From an uncultured Bacteriovoracaceae bacterium (GTDB lineage: Bacteria; Bdellovibrionota; Bacteriovoracia; Bacteriovoracales; Bacteriovoracaceae), in assembly GCA_964012805.1 (NCBI GenBank), contig CAXGUD010000043.1:1-29927 (forward strand): 29,927 bases of DNA. Reading direction: 5' to 3'. Under the pieces are notes generated by a model, which was not told where the DNA came from, did not search any database, and saw only the letters and a program-made list of their open reading frames with translations. Shown piece after piece: positions 26,824-29,927 of this stretch (position 1 is the stretch's first letter; the number at the start of each line of letters is the position of its first letter). The translations under genes and the position numbers were made by a program.

Positions 26824-29493
26824 TTATTTTAAGGTTTTCGCGAAATTTTCAATGGCATACCCTAAAAGAGATTCAATAGCTTTTATTTTAAAAGCAGATG
26901 CAGCCATATTCAGTTGATTTAAAAAAGGCAGAAGGAATGTGAGCTTAGTATTTTGTATTTTTTCTTTTAAAAGGTAACTCTCATTCTCTATTTCGGAAAT
27001 TTCCATAGACTCTTTCCATAATTTAACCTTTTCTTGAATGACTTTTAAAAACTCAATATCAGTTTTATCCAGGTTATCAGGAATTTTAAATTCATGTGAT
27101 ATATTTTTAACCTCTTCCTCTTGAGTTTCTTCTTCGTGCTTTAAAAACATAGCTATAGTCTTTAAAAAAGTCTCTTCATCAACTGGTTTCTGTAGAAACC
27201 CTTGGAAAATCTTTTTTGCAGAGTCTTCTAGTTTGATTGCAGAAATCAATATAACAGGTGTGTTTATGTTTTCTTCTCTTAACTTCTTTAATACCTCATC
27301 TCCTTTTAAACCCGGCATTTCATAGTCTGTCAAAATTAGATTAGGTTTTAACTTTTTCGCTTTTTCTAAAAGTTCACTTCCATCTTTAGCAGTGTCAACA
27401 CCTAAGTTGTATTGTGAGAGATAAGCTTTATAGAGCTTAATGTTAATTGGAAAATCATCTGCAATTAAAATTGTTCCACCAAAAAATTTGTATGAAAACT
27501 TATCAGCGTGAACTTTCTCATTTGAATAAGTAACATCGGATAAGTTAATCGTAAAAATACTTCCTTTTCCAGGAGTTGACATAGCTTTTAGCTTTCCTCC
27601 TAGATCTTCAATTATCTTTGACGAAATATAAAGACCAAGACCACTTCCTCTTTCTTTAAAACTACTTCGTTTGTGAACTTGAGAAAAAGGCTTGAAAAGA
27701 CTTTCTACTTTTTCGGTAGGAAGTCCATAACCAGAATCTTCAACATAAATGATTAATTCGCATTTATCTTCACTATCTTTTTTATAATTTACAGTTACTT
27801 TTATTTTTATATGTCCCTGATTTGTAAACTTAATGGCGTTACTTAGGAGGTTGTCTAGGACCTGTTTAAAAGCCAATTCATCACTGTCAATAGATGAGGG
27901 GAGGTTTTCATCCATTTCAAGGCTAAAGGAAATACCTTTGTTCTCTGCTTCACTTTTGAAGAAAAGTGATGATGACGTTAAAACTTTTTCCAAGTTAAAT
28001 CTTTTATTTTCAATTTTAAGTTCATTGAGTTCAATTTTTGTAAAATCATGAACCGAGTTAACAAGCCTCAAGAGAGACCTACCGCTAGTGCTTATTGAAT
28101 TGATGTACTCCTTTTGTTGATTGTTTTTTATACCGCTATATAAAATTTTAGAAAATCCTAAAATCGCGTTCAAAGGAGTTCTTAATTCATGACTTAAGCT
28201 TGCAAAGAATATAGACCTTTCATTTTGTATTTTTTCTAAGGCAGTATTGCTATTTTTCAAGTCAATGTTTGTTTTCTTTAGTTCTGATGTTCTCTCATCA
28301 ACTTTTGTTTCAAGTGTATTAAGGACTTCTTCTTGCTTAATTTTTTGAATGTAACTTAAACCTAGAGAAAATAAAGCCATTTCAATAATTGACCCAAAAA
28401 TAGAAGCATTTCTAGTAAAAACATTACTGGTGATAATACCATTAAGAGTCATAATGAGAATCAAAGCACCAATAATCTTTGATACAATAGCAGCTGAAAA
28501 ATATTTAGCAGGAATAAATCTTTCTAGCATTTTCACAGAAAGAATAAAGATAAGTGATATGAAAAATAGAAGAAAAGCTAAGTTATGTATTCTTCGCATA
28601 TAAAATAAAGGAATAAAAAAAACTGAAATTGCTAATATGACAAAAATAAATGACCAAAATAAAGATATTTTATAAAGATAGGGATTCTTTTCTCTCAAAT
28701 TAAGAAATCCAGCAGCAAAAATATTTAGTGAGAGAGGAGAAAGAGAGGCAAATAAAATATGTCCCTCATTATTAAACCACCTTAAATTTTCAGTCGGAGC
28801 TAAATACCCATAACCCGAAGTTATCCCTGAAAAAATAATGTAAATAAACACATGACAAACGTAACGGAGATAATTTGGTTCCCATAGTCTTAGATAATAA
28901 GAAAGATTATGAATAAGCATCATAATAGCAAGTCCGAAATATATTCCAAAAGCAAGATTAGCTTCCATATTTTCTTTTATAAATTTATGATCGGCGGAAA
29001 TAGTTAGAGGCAACATATTAGAGAACCCTTTTAATTTTATGTAGTAAAAGGTTTCTTCTTCTTGACTTAGAGTAAAGTGAAAGGCCCTCATTTTAAATTC
29101 ACGTTTAGAAAATTCAACCATATCTCCTGACTCAATATGTTTCCATCCATCCTTCTTTTTTTGATAAAAATCAAAATAATCCTGCCCAACAAAGCTGTTA
29201 GACAAAATCCACTTCGTTGTAGGGTCCAGATTTTTAACCTTGAATCTTGCCCAAAAAGTGGACTTGGAGCGACCAAGGTTTGGTGAGAGAGAAGTGCTCC
29301 TTTTAAATTCTTTAGACCACTTTAATTCAGAAACATCTGAAATCGTAAGATTACCCTTTTTATCTTCTAAAATGTCGAGGTTTAGGCCTATTTCATATTG
29401 TTCTTTTCCTTTTTCTAAAACAACTGGAGGTGTTTCGGCCCAAAGTTTAAAACAGGCAAAAAGTGAATAGAAAATAAAGGTAGAAAACCTCAA
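26824..29493 (-). CDS. Hybrid sensor histidine kinase (7TMR-DISMED2, 7TM-DISM, HisKA, HATPase, REC)
   Basis: LEDKKGNLTI...FWARF extracellular domain, 7 TM segments, SHELRTPLN, NLLSNAIKFT, GSGLGL, and a receiver domain (IADD, TDYEMP, KP). Confidence 0.92.
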   Translation of the reverse strand: MRFSTFIFYSLFACFKLWAETPPVVLEKGKEQYEIGLNLDILEDKKGNLTISDVSELKWSKEFKRSTSLSPNLGRSKSTFWARFKVKNLDPTTKWILSNSFVGQDYFDFYQKKKDGWKHIESGDMVEFSKREFKMRAFHFTLSQEEETFYYIKLKGFSNMLPLTISADHKFIKENMEANLAFGIYFGLAIMMLIHNLSYYLRLWEPNYLRYVCHVFIYIIFSGITSGYGYLAPTENLRWFNNEGHILFASLSPLSLNIFAAGFLNLREKNPYLYKISLFWSFIFVILAISVFFIPLFYMRRIHNLAFLLFFISLIFILSVKMLERFIPAKYFSAAIVSKIIGALILIMTLNGIITSNVFTRNASIFGSIIEMALFSLGLSYIQKIKQEEVLNTLETKVDERTSELKKTNIDLKNSNTALEKIQNERSIFFASLSHELRTPLNAILGFSKILYSGIKNNQQKEYINSISTSGRSLLRLVNSVHDFTKIELNELKIENKRFNLEKVLTSSSLFFKSEAENKGISFSLEMDENLPSSIDSDELAFKQVLDNLLSNAIKFTNQGHIKIKVTVNYKKDSEDKCELIIYVEDSGYGLPTEKVESLFKPFSQVHKRSSFKERGSGLGLYISSKIIEDLGGKLKAMSTPGKGSIFTINLSDVTYSNEKVHADKFSYKFFGGTILIADDFPINIKLYKAYLSQYNLGVDTAKDGSELLEKAKKLKPNLILTDYEMPGLKGDEVLKKLREENINTPVILISAIKLEDSAKKIFQGFLQKPVDEETFLKTIAMFLKHEEETQEEEVKNISHEFKIPDNLDKTDIEFLKVIQEKVKLWKESMEISEIENESYLLKEKIQNTKLTFLLPFLNQLNMAASAFKIKAIESLLGYAIENFAKTLK

Positions 29494-29656
29494 TTGGGCC
29501 CCTCTTAAATAAAACTATTGAGCTTTAAGTATCGGTATAAAGAGCACAAAACTTTGTTAAAAAAAGTTTAAACTCAGTTTTAATTTTTTTATTGGGGGAG
29601 AGGTAAATGGTTAAAATTGTTAATAGATAAAATGATTAAGTAAAGAAGATTCAAAT

Positions 29657-29927
29657 TTAGAGCAAAGAAAGTACGTTCTTTTTTGGTGTTTTAATAATTT
29701 TTTTCAAAAAACTATATTCAACTTGGCCTTTACCGCTTTGTGCTTTTATTCTTTTGCAAATCGCATCAAAAACCAGATGAGTCGCTTCAGCATCACCAAG
29801 TGCTCTGTGTGATGCTTTATTTATAAAACCCAAAAAGTTGCAAAGGACATTAAGTTTATGCGAGTCCAAATTCTGATATATCCTCCTTGCCAACAATAAA
29901 GAACAAAGAAACTCATTCTTAGGATAA
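29657..29927 (-). CDS. 3' part of a DEDDh (DnaQ-like) 3'-5' exonuclease (runs off the window end)
   Basis: CSLLLARRIY, SHKL and HRALGDA motifs. The frame stays open to the window edge. Confidence 0.85.
   Translation of the reverse strand, partial: YPKNEFLCSLLLARRIYQNLDSHKLNVLCNFLGFINKASHRALGDAEATHLVFDAICKRIKAQSGKGQVEYSFLKKIIKTPKKNVLSLL

Noticed and set aside
1948..29470. Remaining short ORFs in the track nested in or antisense to long genes (e.g. 6697-7044, 8229-8525, 15990-16349, 16839-17228, 25655-25930)
   Set aside because: They lie within confidently identified genes and show no motifs.
1..29927. CRISPR array, tRNA, rRNA, integrase or transposase
   Set aside because: None was seen. The only regular repeats are coding (21671-22012) or the att-like junctions.

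Overview
AT-rich bacterial chromosomal window, probably from a Bacteriovorax/Halobacteriovorax-like member of Bdellovibrionota. This is inferred from the tmRNA tag peptide and gene content, not from a search. The left part (1-13.5 kb) is core genome: tdk, hpt, a GHMP kinase, a Ca2+/Na+ antiporter, smpB, rsmA, tsaD, cpoB, pal, phoR/phoB and ssrA (tmRNA, 13151-13523). An accessory region starts directly after ssrA. A BCCT transporter gene lies between ssrA and an exact 14-bp copy of the ssrA 3' end, and two more degenerate att-like junctions suggest repeated insertion at ssrA. Next come several enzyme genes, a secreted 3x38-aa repeat protein, and a deletion scar joining ECF-sigma and DUF3347 fragments. 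A metal-homeostasis cluster follows. In it, a ZigA-type COG0523 GTPase and a divergent flavoprotein gene each carry a TGCAA-N5-TTGCA box. A Cys-rich ArsR/SmtB repressor with a palindromic operator is followed by a 30-aa, 11-Cys metallothionein-like ORF that is missing from the supplied ORF track. The window ends with a 7TM-DISM hybrid kinase and a partial DEDDh exonuclease.
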